Assembly: GCA_002269645.1 (NCBI GenBank)
Contig: NIVC01002234.1
Coordinates: 45,702 to 109,701 of the forward strand
From: Macrostomum lignano
Lineage: Eukaryota
Direction: 5' to 3'
Length of the DNA: 64,000 nt
The notes beneath the pieces were generated by a model. It saw nothing but the letters and a program-made list of their open reading frames with translations. It did no database searches and was not told the origin of the DNA. A program made the position numbers and the translations under genes. Shown one piece after another: positions 1 to 12,725 of the stretch (position 1 is the first letter of the stretch; each line of letters starts with the position of its first letter).

Positions 1-87
1 GAGAGAGAGGAAAGAGGGGAAAGGATGAGAGAGGAGAATACAGATGAGACAGGAGAGAGCAGAGAGCAGAGAGCAGAGAGAGAGAGA

Positions 88-145
<58 letters not shown>

Positions 146-360
146 CAAGCAGAGAGTAATGGGAAGAGATAAGAGAGAAAAGAGGTGAGGAAAGAGATGA
201 GAGGAGAGAGTGGAGAGAGGAGAGGAGAGAGTTGAGAGAAGAGATGAGAAAGGGGAGAGGAGTCGATGAAGGAAGTGTTGAAAGGGTAGAGTAAGGAGTG
301 AGAAGAGAAGAGAAGTAAGAGACAAGAGACGAGAGAGAAAAGAGGAAACAGAAGAGAAGA
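1..360. repeat. (GA)n purine-rich simple repeat
   Basis: Almost exclusively G/A on the + strand, with pure (GA)n runs at about 76-140. Confidence 0.9.
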
Positions 361-739
361 TAGAAATTTCAAAGGATCCAAGGGGCATAGGGAGACAGAG
401 AGGCAGATGCAGAGGCAGAGGCCAGCCAGACTGCCAGAGTTTGCCTGGCATTCTGCGCAGCACCCTAGCCAACAATATCAATGTTTGCCTCAAATCCTAA
501 TTTTACACAAATGTGTACTCTATTTTATGTTTAACTCTTTCGTAACTATTAACAAGTTTTTGTTTGAGTTAGACCTCAGATTTTAGAATACATGCAAAAA
601 TAGTTCCGGGGATTGAAATTCCCCGGGTTCAAAATCCGCGGGTTTCAACAGCTTGTATACAATTAAAAGCAATTCTGCATTCTTTAAATTTAAATAGCTC
701 ATACAATCGTAGTCTTCACTTGGTCCCTACAGTTATTTT

Positions 740-1980
740 CACTCTGATGTCACTCGCTCAACTCGGTAATTGTGATCAACTCGGTAATTTTCACCCAGAT
801 GTCACTCGCTCAACTCGGTAATTGTCACTCTGATGTCACTCGCTCAACTCGGTAATTGTGATCAACTCGGTAATTTTCACTCAGATGTCACTCGCTCAAC
901 TCGGTAATTGTCACTCTGTTGTCACTTGCTCACCCGGTAATTGTCACTCTGATGTCACTCGATCAACTCGGTAATTTTCACTCTGATGTCACTCACTCAA
1001 CTCGGTAATTGTCACTCTGATGTCACTCACTCAACTCGGTAATTGTCACTCTGATGTCACTCACTCAACTCGGTAATTGTCACTCTGATGTCACTCGCTC
1101 AACTCGGTAATTGTCACTCTGATGTCACTCGCTCACTCAGTAATTGTCACTCGCTCAACTCGGTAATTGTCACTGATGTCACTCGCTCACTAAGTAACTG
1201 TCACTCTAATTGTCACTCGCTCACTCAATAATTGTCACTCTGATGTTACTTGCTCACTCAGTAATTGCCACTCTGATGACACTCGCTCAACTCGGTAATT
1301 GTCACTCTGATGTCACTCGCTCACTCAGTAATTGTCACTCGCTCAACTCGGTAATTGTCACTGATGTCACTCGCTCACTAAGTAACTGTCACTCTAATTG
1401 TCACTCGCTCACTCAATAATTGTCACTCTGATGTTACTTGCTCACTCAGTAATTGCCACTCTGATGACACTCGCTCAACTCGGTAATTTTCACTCTGATG
1501 TCACTCGCTCACTCAGTAATTGCCACTCTGATGACACTCGCTCAACTCGGTAATTTTCACTCTGATGTCACTCGCTCACTCAGTAATTGTCACTCTGATT
1601 TCCCTCGTTTACTAAGTAATTGCCACTAGCTGATGTCACTCGCTCACTCAGTAATTGTCACTCTGGTGTCACTCGCTCAACTCGGTAATTTTCACTCTGA
1701 TGTCACTCGCTCACTCAGTAATTGTCACTCTGATTTCCCTCGTTTACTAAGTAATTGCCACTAGCTGATGTCACTCGCTCACTCAGTAATTGTCACTCTG
1801 GTGTCACTCGCTCAACTCGGTAATTTTCACTCTGATGTCACTCGCTCAACTCGGTAATTTTCACTCTGATGACACTCGCTCAACTCGGTAATTGTCACTC
1901 TAATGTCACTCGATCAACTCGGTAATCTTCACTCTGATGTCACTTGTTCACTCGGTAATTGTCACTCTGATGTCACTCTG
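740..1980. repeat. 34-bp minisatellite (CACTCTGATGTCACTCGCTCAACTCGGTAATTGT)
   Basis: Unit recurs at 979, 1013 and 1047 (34-bp spacing), with truncated variants. Confidence 0.92.
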
Positions 1981-2427
1981 TTTTCACACGCTTGCGATAA
2001 AAGTGTAAAGTGAAAAATAAGATAATAGTTGGCAAAACTTGACGTAAAAAAAACTTAAAATGTATTTTCTGGATATAAAACGCATGGATACATTGAAACA
2101 AGATTATTCTTTTTTACGAGAAAGATAGACGTAAGCTACACAGCAAGGCAAGCTACAAAAGTACAGTCTCATCACGAAACTAATAGCTCAAATCGATGCA
2201 CTTTTCAAGCGCATTTTCTGGGGTAAAAAAGCACTGAAGTGGACTTGACAATTGCACACTCAACACTGAGTTTTGGTCGGGCCGTCTAGAATATGATTTG
2301 GCGGCTAAAGTAATGTTTGATGCATGGCTGAAGGCAACACTATTGAGTTACATAGGACTTTAGGAGGACAAATTAATTTCTCTCATGGTTTTGCGTATTC
2401 ATCTTTGACCGCTAATATAAGACTTTC

Positions 2428-3055
2428 AACAGCCCAATACAGCCCCAATACAGCCACAATACAGCCCCAATACAGCCACAATACAGTCACAATACAGCCA
2501 AATACAGCCACAATACAGCCACAATACAGCCCCAATACAGCCACAATTCAGACCCAATACAGCCAAAAAACAGCCAAATACAGCTCAATACAGCCACAAT
2601 ACAGCCACAATACAGACCCAATACAGCCACAATAAAGCCCCAATACAGCCACAATACAGACCCAAAACAGCCAAAAAACAGCCAAATACAGCCCAATACA
2701 GCCACAATACAGCCACAATACAGACCCAATACAGCCAAAATAAAGCCACAATACAGCCCCAATACAGCCCCAATACGGCCTCATGCAGCCACAATACAGC
2801 CACAATACAGCCCCAATACAGCCACAATACAGCCACAATACGGCCACAATACAGCCCCAATACAGCCACAATACAGACCCAATACAGCCAAAAAACAGCC
2901 AAATACAGCCCAATACAGCCACAATACAGCCACAATACAGCCAAAAACAGCCCCAATACAGCCACAATACAGCCCCAATACAGCCCCAATACAGCCCCAA
3001 TACAGCCACAATACAGCCCCAATACAGCCACAATACAGCCAAATACAGCCACAAT
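2428..3055. repeat. 10-11-bp minisatellite (AATACAGCCAC / AATACAGCCCC)
   Basis: Direct tandem units. The overlapping ORFs on both strands are repeat translations. Confidence 0.92.
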
Positions 3056-3096
3056 GCCCCCTATCTTAAAAAAGAACACTTTGCACTTTTTCAGTC

Positions 3097-5547
3097 TCAA
3101 CTGTGCAGCGCCAGCATGGCCTCTTCCGCAGACTTCAAGCGTCGCTTGTCCGCGGCTTTCTCGGCCTCCAGCAATCTGTCAACGCTGTCAAAGTTGGCGA
3201 CTTTCGACAGCTCGTCTCGAATTCGTCCGGCAAGATTTTCGAGCTTGGCCGATTTAGCAGCTAGAAACTTCGGCGTTGTTGATTGAACTGCCTCGATCTC
3301 GTCTTCGGCCAGAAAGTCGGCCGGATTGAAGCGGCCGGTTCCGCCGGCGTCCGACAGCTCGCGGAGGTGCCGCAGGCGGACTGCGCGGAGCTCGAGCTCA
3401 CGTCGAATGCTTTGCCGAGCCTGAGTCAGATCGATCAGCTGATTCAGTGACTCCGTGGAAACCGCCAGCTTGGACTCCAGCTGCTCCAGGCGGTGCTTCC
3501 GGTGAAGCAGATCCACCGAGGGCTGACTGTCGACTGCCGATAATGTCGACTGTCTTGCATCCACGTCGTCGTCAAGAACAGCGTTGGTAGGGGCGATTCT
3601 CTCAGCATCGGTGCACAGATCTGCGGCGAAGCTGAGCAGCAGCCGGGCGAGCTGCGGGTTGCAGGGCGAAGGGTTCGAGTAGGTTGAGGAAAGAGGGAGA
3701 GACAGAAGGAGAGAGAAGGGGGAGGGAGAGAGGGAGAGAAGGAGAGAGAGAGAGGGAGAGAAGGAGAGAGAGAAGGAGAAGAGGGGAGAGAGAGAAGGGG
3801 AGAGAGAGGAGAGAGGGAAAAAAAGAGGAGAGAAGGGGAGAAGTGGAGAAGGAGAGAGGGAGAGAGGGAGAGAGGGAGGGAGGGAGAGAGGGAGGGAGGG
3901 AGAGAGGGAGAGAGGGAGAGAGGGAGAGAGGGAGAGAAGGAGAGAGAGAAGGAGAGAATGGGAGAGAGAGGAGAGAGGGAGAAAAGGAAAGGAGAGAAGG
4001 GGAGAAGTGGAGAAGGAGAGAGAAAGAGAGGGAAGAGGGAGAAAGGGAGAGAGAGAGTGGGGACAGAGGAAGTCAGAGATAGTGAGAGGGTGAGGAGCAT
4101 GGGATGTAGAAATGAGAGGAGAAGGAGAAATTCCGGTGAGAGAGTCGGGTGTCAGAAGAACTGAGGTCTCAAATTCGAGTGTGGGAGATGTGGGAATATG
4201 AGAGAGGGGAGAAGAGAGATGGGAGAGGAGAGATTGGAGATAGAAGAAGGGAGATCGAAGATAGAAGAAGGGAGATCGAAGATAGAAGAAGGGAGATGAT
4301 TGAGAGATGGGAGATGAGAGTGGGGACACGAGAGAAGGGAAAGAGAGGGGGGAGGCGGGAGACTAGAGAGGGTAGATGAGTGATGAGTGATATGGGGAGA
4401 GAAGAGAGGGGAGATGAGAAATCCAAGAGCCATCCGAGTGATGAAACCGTATCTTAATTACCTCGTATTCGTCCAGAATTTTCCTGAGCCGCCGACATTC
4501 CAACGACACTCGCCTGTTGTCACCCGACAGGAAGTCGGACAGGCGGGTCTCAACTCTCGCCAGCATTCGCGTATTGTCGACTTCGTCAGTCTCGGACTCG
4601 GCAGCATCAGCTGCATCTTCATCGCAGACGGTGGCGTCCCGGCCTCGCTCCTCCAGCTTGTCCGCCCGGCGGCCCAGACAGTCGGCGCAGTCGATCAGCA
4701 AACGTCGGCCTCGCCAACTGAATGCCGCCTTGGCTTTGGCCGCCGCCTCCATCAAGTCGTTGACAGTCCGGCGAGCTCGGGCAGCCGAGTCTCGAACCAG
4801 ACGCCGGTCGCGATCGATCTCTGACGACTCGTCGTCAACGTCGAGCTCCCCGTCGGCCGAGTCTTCGCCGCCGACGCTGCTGCCGCCGGTCGAGGGCCGA
4901 TTTCTGTCCAGCCTGGCGGCGCACTTCGCCACGAGTTCGAGTCGCGCCCGACAAGCCCGAAGTTTGTCGAAGATCGCTGCCCGTTCGGCGGCCAGTTGCA
5001 GCTGCCGCCGCCGGTCGAGCGACCTCGCCTCGGTCAGGCAGGCCGAGACGGCAGCCTGGCGAGCCCGCAGCTGGCGCAGCTGGCGTGGCCGAAGGTGCTC
5101 GGGAACGTCCAGCTGACTGTTGGCCGACAGACTGTGGAACTGGGCGTAGAGCGACTCCAATTGAGATTCGATCTCGCCAGTGTCGTCCTCTTGGCGATCG
5201 GACTCTTCATCGCCAGACTGAGCAGCCGCTGCTGTGTAATCGGCCTCGACACAGATGAGCTGCCGCAGCCAGCAGCTGGCCTGGCTCGCTGCCAGCTTGT
5301 AGCTGCACAGGTCCTCCGCTTCATCAGCAGCCTCCGGCTCTGTAGCATCGATCGACTCCATCGTTGTCATCTCGATCTCGGTCGCGTCAACACCTGTCGC
5401 GGTAGCTGCTGACGCAACGTCAGATGACGTCATTAGACAGCCGTTGTCGTAAGCGAAGCGACAGTCGCAGGAGGATCTGCGCCTCTGCAAGCGCTCGCAG
5501 CTGTCAGCCTCCGGGGTCCTGGCCGATTGACTTCTTCGAGTCAGCAT
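3097..5547 (-). CDS. Uncharacterised acidic alpha-helical/coiled-coil protein, 2 exons (~546 aa)
   Basis: Exon 1 is 5547-4462 (ATG; donor GAG|GTAATT). Exon 2 is 3651-3097 (acceptor CCGCAG|CTC after a long pyrimidine tract; TGA). The phase-0 join is in frame and the codons are GC-rich. The sequence is L/A/E/R-rich with a heptad-like pattern. Family not recognised; a further downstream exon cannot be excluded. Confidence 0.7.
3685..4420. repeat. Polypurine (GA-rich) tract filling the intron of the 5547-3097 gene
   Basis: About 730 nt nearly all G/A on +, i.e. polypyrimidine on the transcribed strand. Confidence 0.88.
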
Positions 5548-6385
5548 TTGTCTTTGAAGAGCTGGACTTTTTACTAGCTAAGAAGCGTCTGTCTCCGCTT
5601 GCAGCTGTGCCCGACCTGAGCGTCAGCGGCTATTTTGCATGGCTAATTTGCTAGATAGAGAGAGAAAAAACCTGTCTGCAACTCTCGCGCCCTGCAATTT
5701 CTGTCTGCACACGAGTTCCACTTTGCTCGGGGGTTTTTTAGCCAAGCAGACTGCAGAGTAGCCGTAGGCGTGCAAAGCGTACAACAACTATGGGGCTAAG
5801 CTAGCTTGCGTCTTATTAACGTCTGTTATACCCACACGGCGCGCGTACTAATGCGCCCTTGAAAACACCAAAACGCAGTACGGCATTCTCTTACCTCCCT
5901 GTCTCTCACCCAACCCGCCTCAGCCTAGCTCAAAGTCCAAAGTGGAAAGTAGAGAGAGAGAGAGAGGAGAGAGGACAAGAGGGGGGTTGGTTGGCTGTGC
6001 AATCTGCTTAGCCGTGCACTGAGTGTGGCAATAATAGTTGAAAAATGCATTCGCAATATTATTGTTGTATTATTTACGCGCAATAGAGTCTCTGCTGTCA
6101 GGCATAAGGGGATCTCAGCCTAGCAATTTCAAGTGCGTTACATTATTTATCAGAATCAAAATTCAAAAGGCAGGGACTGTTCATCACCTTGACTCTTAGT
6201 AGAATTTTTTCATCCCCATTGTCCGCATAAAAGTACACACGAGAACAGCAGGCGTACCTGACTACTAACAAGCTGAGCACAGACAACTGAAGCCTGGGTG
6301 CACTTTAGCTTAGGAATATTATAATTATTTATATGAATTATAAATTCACTTACAAGGACTCCAGTAATATATCCAGTAGTATATA

Positions 6386-8340
6386 GTGACTCAAAATCAC
6401 CCCCAAAGTGACTCAAAATCACCCCCAAAGTAACTCAAAATCACCACCAAAACGACTCAAAATCAGCCCCAATGTGACTCAAAATCAGCCCCAAAGTGAC
6501 TCAAAATCACCACCAAAACGACTCAAAATCAGCCCCAATGTGACTCAAAATCACCCCCAAAGTGACTCAAAATCACCCCCAAAGTAACTCAAAATCACCA
6601 CCAAAACGACTCAAAATCAGCCCCAATGTGACTCAAAATCAGCCCCAAAGTGACTCAAAATCACCACCAAAACGACTCAAAATCAGCCCCAATGTGACTC
6701 AAAATCACCCCCAAAGTGACTCAAAATCACTCCCAAAGTGACTCAAAATCACCCCCAAAGTGACTCAAAATCACCCCCAAAGTAACTCAAAATCACCACC
6801 AAAACGACTCAAAATCAGCCCCAATGTGACTCAAAATCAGCCCCAAAGTGACTCAAAATCACCACCAAAACGACTCAAAATCAGCCCCAATGTGACTCAA
6901 AATCACCCCCAAAGTGACTCAAAATCACTCCCAAAGTGACTCAAAATCACCCCCAAAGTGACTCAAAATCACCCCCAAAGTGACTCAAAATCACCCCCAA
7001 AGTAACTCAAAATCACCACCAAAGTGACTCAAAATCACCCCCAAAGTAACTCAAAATCACCACCAAAACGACTCAAAATCACCCCCAAAGTGACTCAAAA
7101 TCACCCCCAAAGTAACTCAAAATCACCACCAAAGTGACTCAAAATCACCCCAAAGTGACTCAAAATCACCACCAAAACGACTCAAAATCACCCCCAATGT
7201 GACTCAAAATCACCCCCAAAGTGACTCAAAATCACTCCCAAAGTGACTCAAAATCACCCCCAAAGTGACTCAAAATCACCCCCAAAGTAACTCAAAATCA
7301 CCACCAAAACGACTCAAAATCAGCCCCAATGTGACTCAAAATCAGCCCCAAAGTGACTCAAAATCACTCCCAAAGTGACTCAAAATCACTCCCAAAGTGA
7401 CTCAAAATCACCCCCAAAGTGACTCAAAATCACCCCCAAAGTGACTCAAAATCACCCCCAAAGTAACTCAAAATCACCACCAAAACGACTCAAAATCACC
7501 CCCAAAGTGACTCAAAATCACCCCCAAAGTAACTCAAAATCACCCCCAAAGTGACTCAAAATCACTCCCAAAGTGACTCAAAATCACTCCCAAAGTGACT
7601 CAAAATCAGCCCCAAAGTGACTCAAAATCACCCCCAAAGTGACTCAAAATCACCCCCAAAGTAACTCAAAATCACTCCCAAAGTGACTCAAAATCACTCC
7701 CAAAGTGACTCAAAATCACCCCCAAAGTGACTCAAAATCACTCCCAAAGTGACTCAAAATCACCCCCAAAGTAACTCAAAATCACTCCCAAAGTGACTCA
7801 AAATCACTCCCAAAGTGACTCAAAATCACCCCCAAAGTGACTCAAAATCACCCCAAAGTGACTCAAAATCACTCCCAAAGTGACTCAAAATCACTCCCAA
7901 AGTGACTCAAAATCACCCCCAAAGTAACTCAAAATCACCCCCAAAGTGACTCAAAATCACCACCAAAGTGACTCAAAATCACTCCCAAAGTGACTCAAAA
8001 TCACCCCAAAGTGACTCAAAATCACTCCCAAAGTGACTCAAAATCACCCCCAAAGTGACTCAAAATCACCCCAAAGTGACTCAAAATCACTCCCAAAGTG
8101 ACTCAAAATCACCCCCAAAGTGACTCAAAATCACCCCAAAGTGACTCAAAATCACCCCCAAAGTGACTCAAAATCACCCCCAAAGTGACTCAAAATCACT
8201 CCCAAAGTGACTCAAAATCACCCCCAAAGTAACTCAAAATCACCCCCAAAGTAACTCAAAATCACCCCCAAAGTGACTCAAAATCACCCCCAAAGTAACT
8301 CAAAATCACCCCCAAAGTGACTCAAAATCACCCCCAAACT
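6386..8340. repeat. 22-bp minisatellite (GTGACTCAAAATCACCCCCAAA), ~89 units
   Basis: Unit starts at 6386 and 6408. It decays into degenerate copies at about 8340-8450. Confidence 0.95.
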
Positions 8341-8867
8341 GACTCGATTCACCAGCCAAAGCAACTCTAAATCACCCTCTAAAACGACTCAAACTCATTT
8401 AAAAATGACTCAAAAAGCGCCACAAAAATGACTCAAATCACCCCAAAGTGACAAAAAATCATAAAAGATATCAATAGAGCGTTGCTAATGACTCCAAAAT
8501 GAATAATATTTCTGGTTACCTAGGGACTAAAAATGTTTATATGGCGAAAGAGTTGGCAAACTTTGTCAGTTAGACTTTATAATGCAAACACGCTTAAAAT
8601 TATCAATGGAAAGGTGCAACGCCAATCCAATGGGTCTACATTCTTATCTCGCAAAGCTGATAACAATTTTTTTTTTAATTCAAAGGTCAAATAGAAATTT
8701 AACGATTCCTACCAAGAGGTGCCATAACTATCAATATTAGCATTAAAGGTGCCAAAATAAAATTGTTTGCTACATGTATATACGATCAATGGCCTTCGAT
8801 AACACTAGCGACGTAAATTATGCTTAGCACAAAATTTCGTTAATTTACAGTCAATTGCATGCTTTGT

Positions 8868-10057
8868 AATCAATTGGCACTAAATTATAGGAATCAATTG
8901 GCACTAAATTATAGGAATTAATTGGCGCTAAATTATAGGAATCAATTGGCGCTAAATTATAGGAATCAATTGGCGCTAAATTATAGTGATCTGTTGGCGC
9001 TAAATTATAGGAATCAATTGGCGCTAAATTATAGTAATCAATTGGCGCTAAATTATAATAATCTATTGGCGCTAAATTATAGTAATCAATTGGTGCTAAA
9101 TTATAGTGATCTATTGGCGCTAAATTATAGTGATCTATTGGCGCTAAATTATAGTAATCAATTGGCGCTAAATTATAGTGATCTATTGGCGCTAAATTAT
9201 AGTAATCAACTGGCGCTTAATTATAGTAATCAATTGGCGCTAAATTATAGGAATCAATTGGCGCTAAATTATAGGAATTAATTGGCACTAAATTATAGGA
9301 ATCAATTGACGCTAAATTATAGGAATCAATTGGCGCTAAATTATAGGAATTAATTGGCACTAAATTATAGGAATCAATTGGCACTAAATTATAGGAATTA
9401 ATTGGCACTAAATTATAGGAATCAATTGGCACTAAATTATAGGAATCAATTGGCACTAAATTATAGGAATCAATTGGCACTAAATTATAGGAATTAATTG
9501 GCGCTAAATTATAGGAATCAATTGGCGCTAAATTATAGGAATCAATTGGCGCTAAATTATAGTGATCTGTTGGCGCTAAATTATAGGAATCAATTGGCGC
9601 TAAATTATAGTAATCAATTGGCGCTAAATTATAATAATCTATTGGCGCTAAATTATAGTAATCAATTGGTGCTAAATTATAGTGATCTATTGGCGCTAAA
9701 TTATAGTGATCTATTGGCGCTAAATTATAGTAATCAATTGGCGCTAAATTATAGTGATCTATTGGCGCTAAATTATAGTAATCAACTGGCGCTTAATTAT
9801 AGTAATCAATTGGCGCTAAATTATAGGAATCAATTGGCGCTAAATTATAGGAATTAATTGGCACTAAATTATAGGAATCAATTGACGCTAAATTATAGGA
9901 ATCAATTGGCGCTAAATTATAGGAATTAATTGGCACTAAATTATAGGAATCAATTGACGCTAAATTATAGGAATCAATTGGCGCTAAATTATAGCAATCA
10001 ATTGGCGCTAAATTATAGTAATCAACTGGCGCTTAATTATAGTAATCAATTGGCGCT
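8868..10057. repeat. 24-bp minisatellite (AATTGGCGCTAAATTATAGGAATC) with a 576-bp internal duplication
   Basis: 24-bp period. The identical 119-aa ORFs at 8922 and 9498 show a 576-bp (24-unit) block duplication. Confidence 0.95.
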
Positions 10058-10551
10058 GTTATAAAAATACAAATAAATCTCAAGTTTTCTAAGCTTGTAT
10101 TTTCCACAAAAAGATAATAAATTGAATTAAAGACACGTCAATGATAGTTTTGTCACTATCTAAGTCAGCTTTATTAAAACTAATTCAATTGTACTTTTAT
10201 TTGAAACACCGTTTTCTGTTAAAAAGCAACTATAATAAAAGAGCTATAAAAATGGGAAGATTAAGGAAGCGTGTTTTTAGTTGTCGATGTGCTTGAAGGA
10301 TAGAGAAAAATCAAAAAACATATTTGTTATAATAATATCTAGTTCAAACGTACAGGGAATTAACAAAAGCTATCGGTTTTACTTAAATAAAATTTTCTAT
10401 TTTAATATCTATAGTTACTAAGGCAGCTTTTTGTAATTAAAAGAAAAATGAAATTATAAAAATGTTTCGTTAAAATGGATTGTTACTAAACAATGGAAGT
10501 TCGGTACAGGCAGTCAGGGTTTCTCGGTAATCCCTAGTCGAAAAGAAGCAT

Positions 10552-12685
10552 TTAGTTTGCCGAATAGACCGTCTTCTGGTTGTGCGTGGCTCGCTCCTAA
10601 AATTTAAGTTTTTTAGCTTTTGATTTTTTCTGAAGTATAAATAGAAATAGATTGTCATGTTTTTTACTAGGCTACTGAAAATAGGTTTGAGTAGTATGAT
10701 ACGAACCTCGCCCTCCATGTTGTACAGCGAGGTGACGATGTTGGCACCGACGCCCCAGCTGGTCTCGCCGGCCTCGAGGTCGCCGCTGCCGCTGCCCAGA
10801 GGCCTGTGGCCACGGGCCCAGATCTGGGGAATTTTTATTCGACGGCGCATTGTAATTCCCTCCGGAATTTGAATGAAGTAATTTCCCTCCTGGAGAGTAG
10901 CTTTAGATATTGGGTGATTGGGTGATCCTACAGGGATTGGGTGATTCCCCTAGATAGACTGGCTAGCTAATTTCCCTACAATGGTTGGGTAATTCCCCTA
11001 GAGGGGTTGGCTAATTCCCCCAGAGGGGCTGGGTGATTCCTCTAGATGGACTTGGGTAATTCCTCTAGATGGACTTAGGTAATTCCTCTAGATGGACTTG
11101 CGTAATTCCTCTAGATGGACTTGGGTAATTCCTCTAGATGGACATGGGTAATTCCTTTAGATGGACTTGCGTAATTCCTTTAGATGGACTTGCGTAATTT
11201 GCGTAATTCCTCTAGATGGACTTGGGTAATTCCTTTAGATGGACTTGCGTAATTCCTTTAGATGGACTTGCGTAATTTGCGTAATTCCTCTAGATGGACT
11301 TGGGTAATTCCTCTAGATGGACTTGGGTAATTCCTCTAGATGGACTTGGGTAATTCCTCTAGATGGACTTGGGTAATTCCTCTAGATGGACTTGCGTAAT
11401 TCCTCTAGATGGACTTGGGTAATTCCTCTAGATGGACTTGCGTAATTCCTCTAGATGGACTTGGGTAATTCCTCTAGATGGACTTGCGTAATTCCCCCAG
11501 AGGGGCTGTGTAATTCCACTAGATAGACTGGGTAATTTCCCTTGATAGATGGGGAAGAACCTCTACAGAGTGTGCTCTACACTGAAGTGAGTAATTCCAC
11601 TATAATGACATGGAAGAAGCTGAACAAAAGTTTGCTCATGTTTCACGAGCTACTTGTGTTTCAAAGATCTACGAGTACTCTGAATTTTGCCTCCCACCTT
11701 AACGGTCTTTCGCTGTCCATCGTCCAGCACAGTGCCCATTGGCACGGTGTAGCGCACCGTCTGCCGGTTATTGTCAATGTTGCGAGACAGTTTCCAACCG
11801 CCAATGTCCTCCTTCTGCGAAATTAATTAAACAGAAATAATTGTCTTTGATTTGGTTGTCTGGTGGAGCTAGGCGAAGGTAGGGTGAATAGAGCTAAGAT
11901 TAAATTTGATTGGCTGGTTGGGCTATGTGGAGGTGGGGTGGGTTAGAGCTAAGATTGAATTTGATTGGCTGGTTGGGCTAGGCGGAGATGGGGTGCGTTA
12001 AAGCTAAGATTGAATTTGATTGGCTGGTTGGGCTAGGCGGAGGTGGGGTGGGTTAGAGCTAAGATAGAATTTGATTAGCTGGTTGGGCTAGGCGGAGGTG
12101 GGGTGGGTTAGGTTGGAGCAAGCAAAAGTTAGAGCCAGCAATAAAATTTCACTACCTTCTTTCCGGTGTTCTCAAGCAGCACGAATTTGCCATCAGGCGA
12201 GCACTCCTGAATGCTCACGTTGCCCTTGGCTGTGCGCTGATAAGTTGTTTTCGCCGACATTTCGCCTTTGACGAGATTCACTATAAATTAATCATATTTT
12301 ATCAAATATTCATCAATAGAAAAGTTTTGAGTCTTAAGAAAACTTTAAAACACAAAGTCACTTACTTTGTTGAGCAGCTGAAACGGGTAACATGATAATA
12401 TTAGTATGAGTAATTTTTTAATTAATTTCAATTAAACTGTGTAATTAAAGTTTGTTTGAACTATCAATACACAAAAAATTTCTTTCTTACCCGCCGGTGA
12501 CGGCAGCTGTTGCTGCTCAACAGACACCGAAGTCTTTTCCACCGTGGATGATCTCTGGGTGATGGTTTCCTGAGCCCGCTGGTTTATGCTGGCAGGAAAA
12601 GGAGAGAAAATTAAAGGTCTGCACCAAAGGTTTGTTGACAGTTTTTAATAAAGGAACAAGCGCTCATACACACGCTCACAACAGT

Positions 12686-12725
<40 letters not shown>

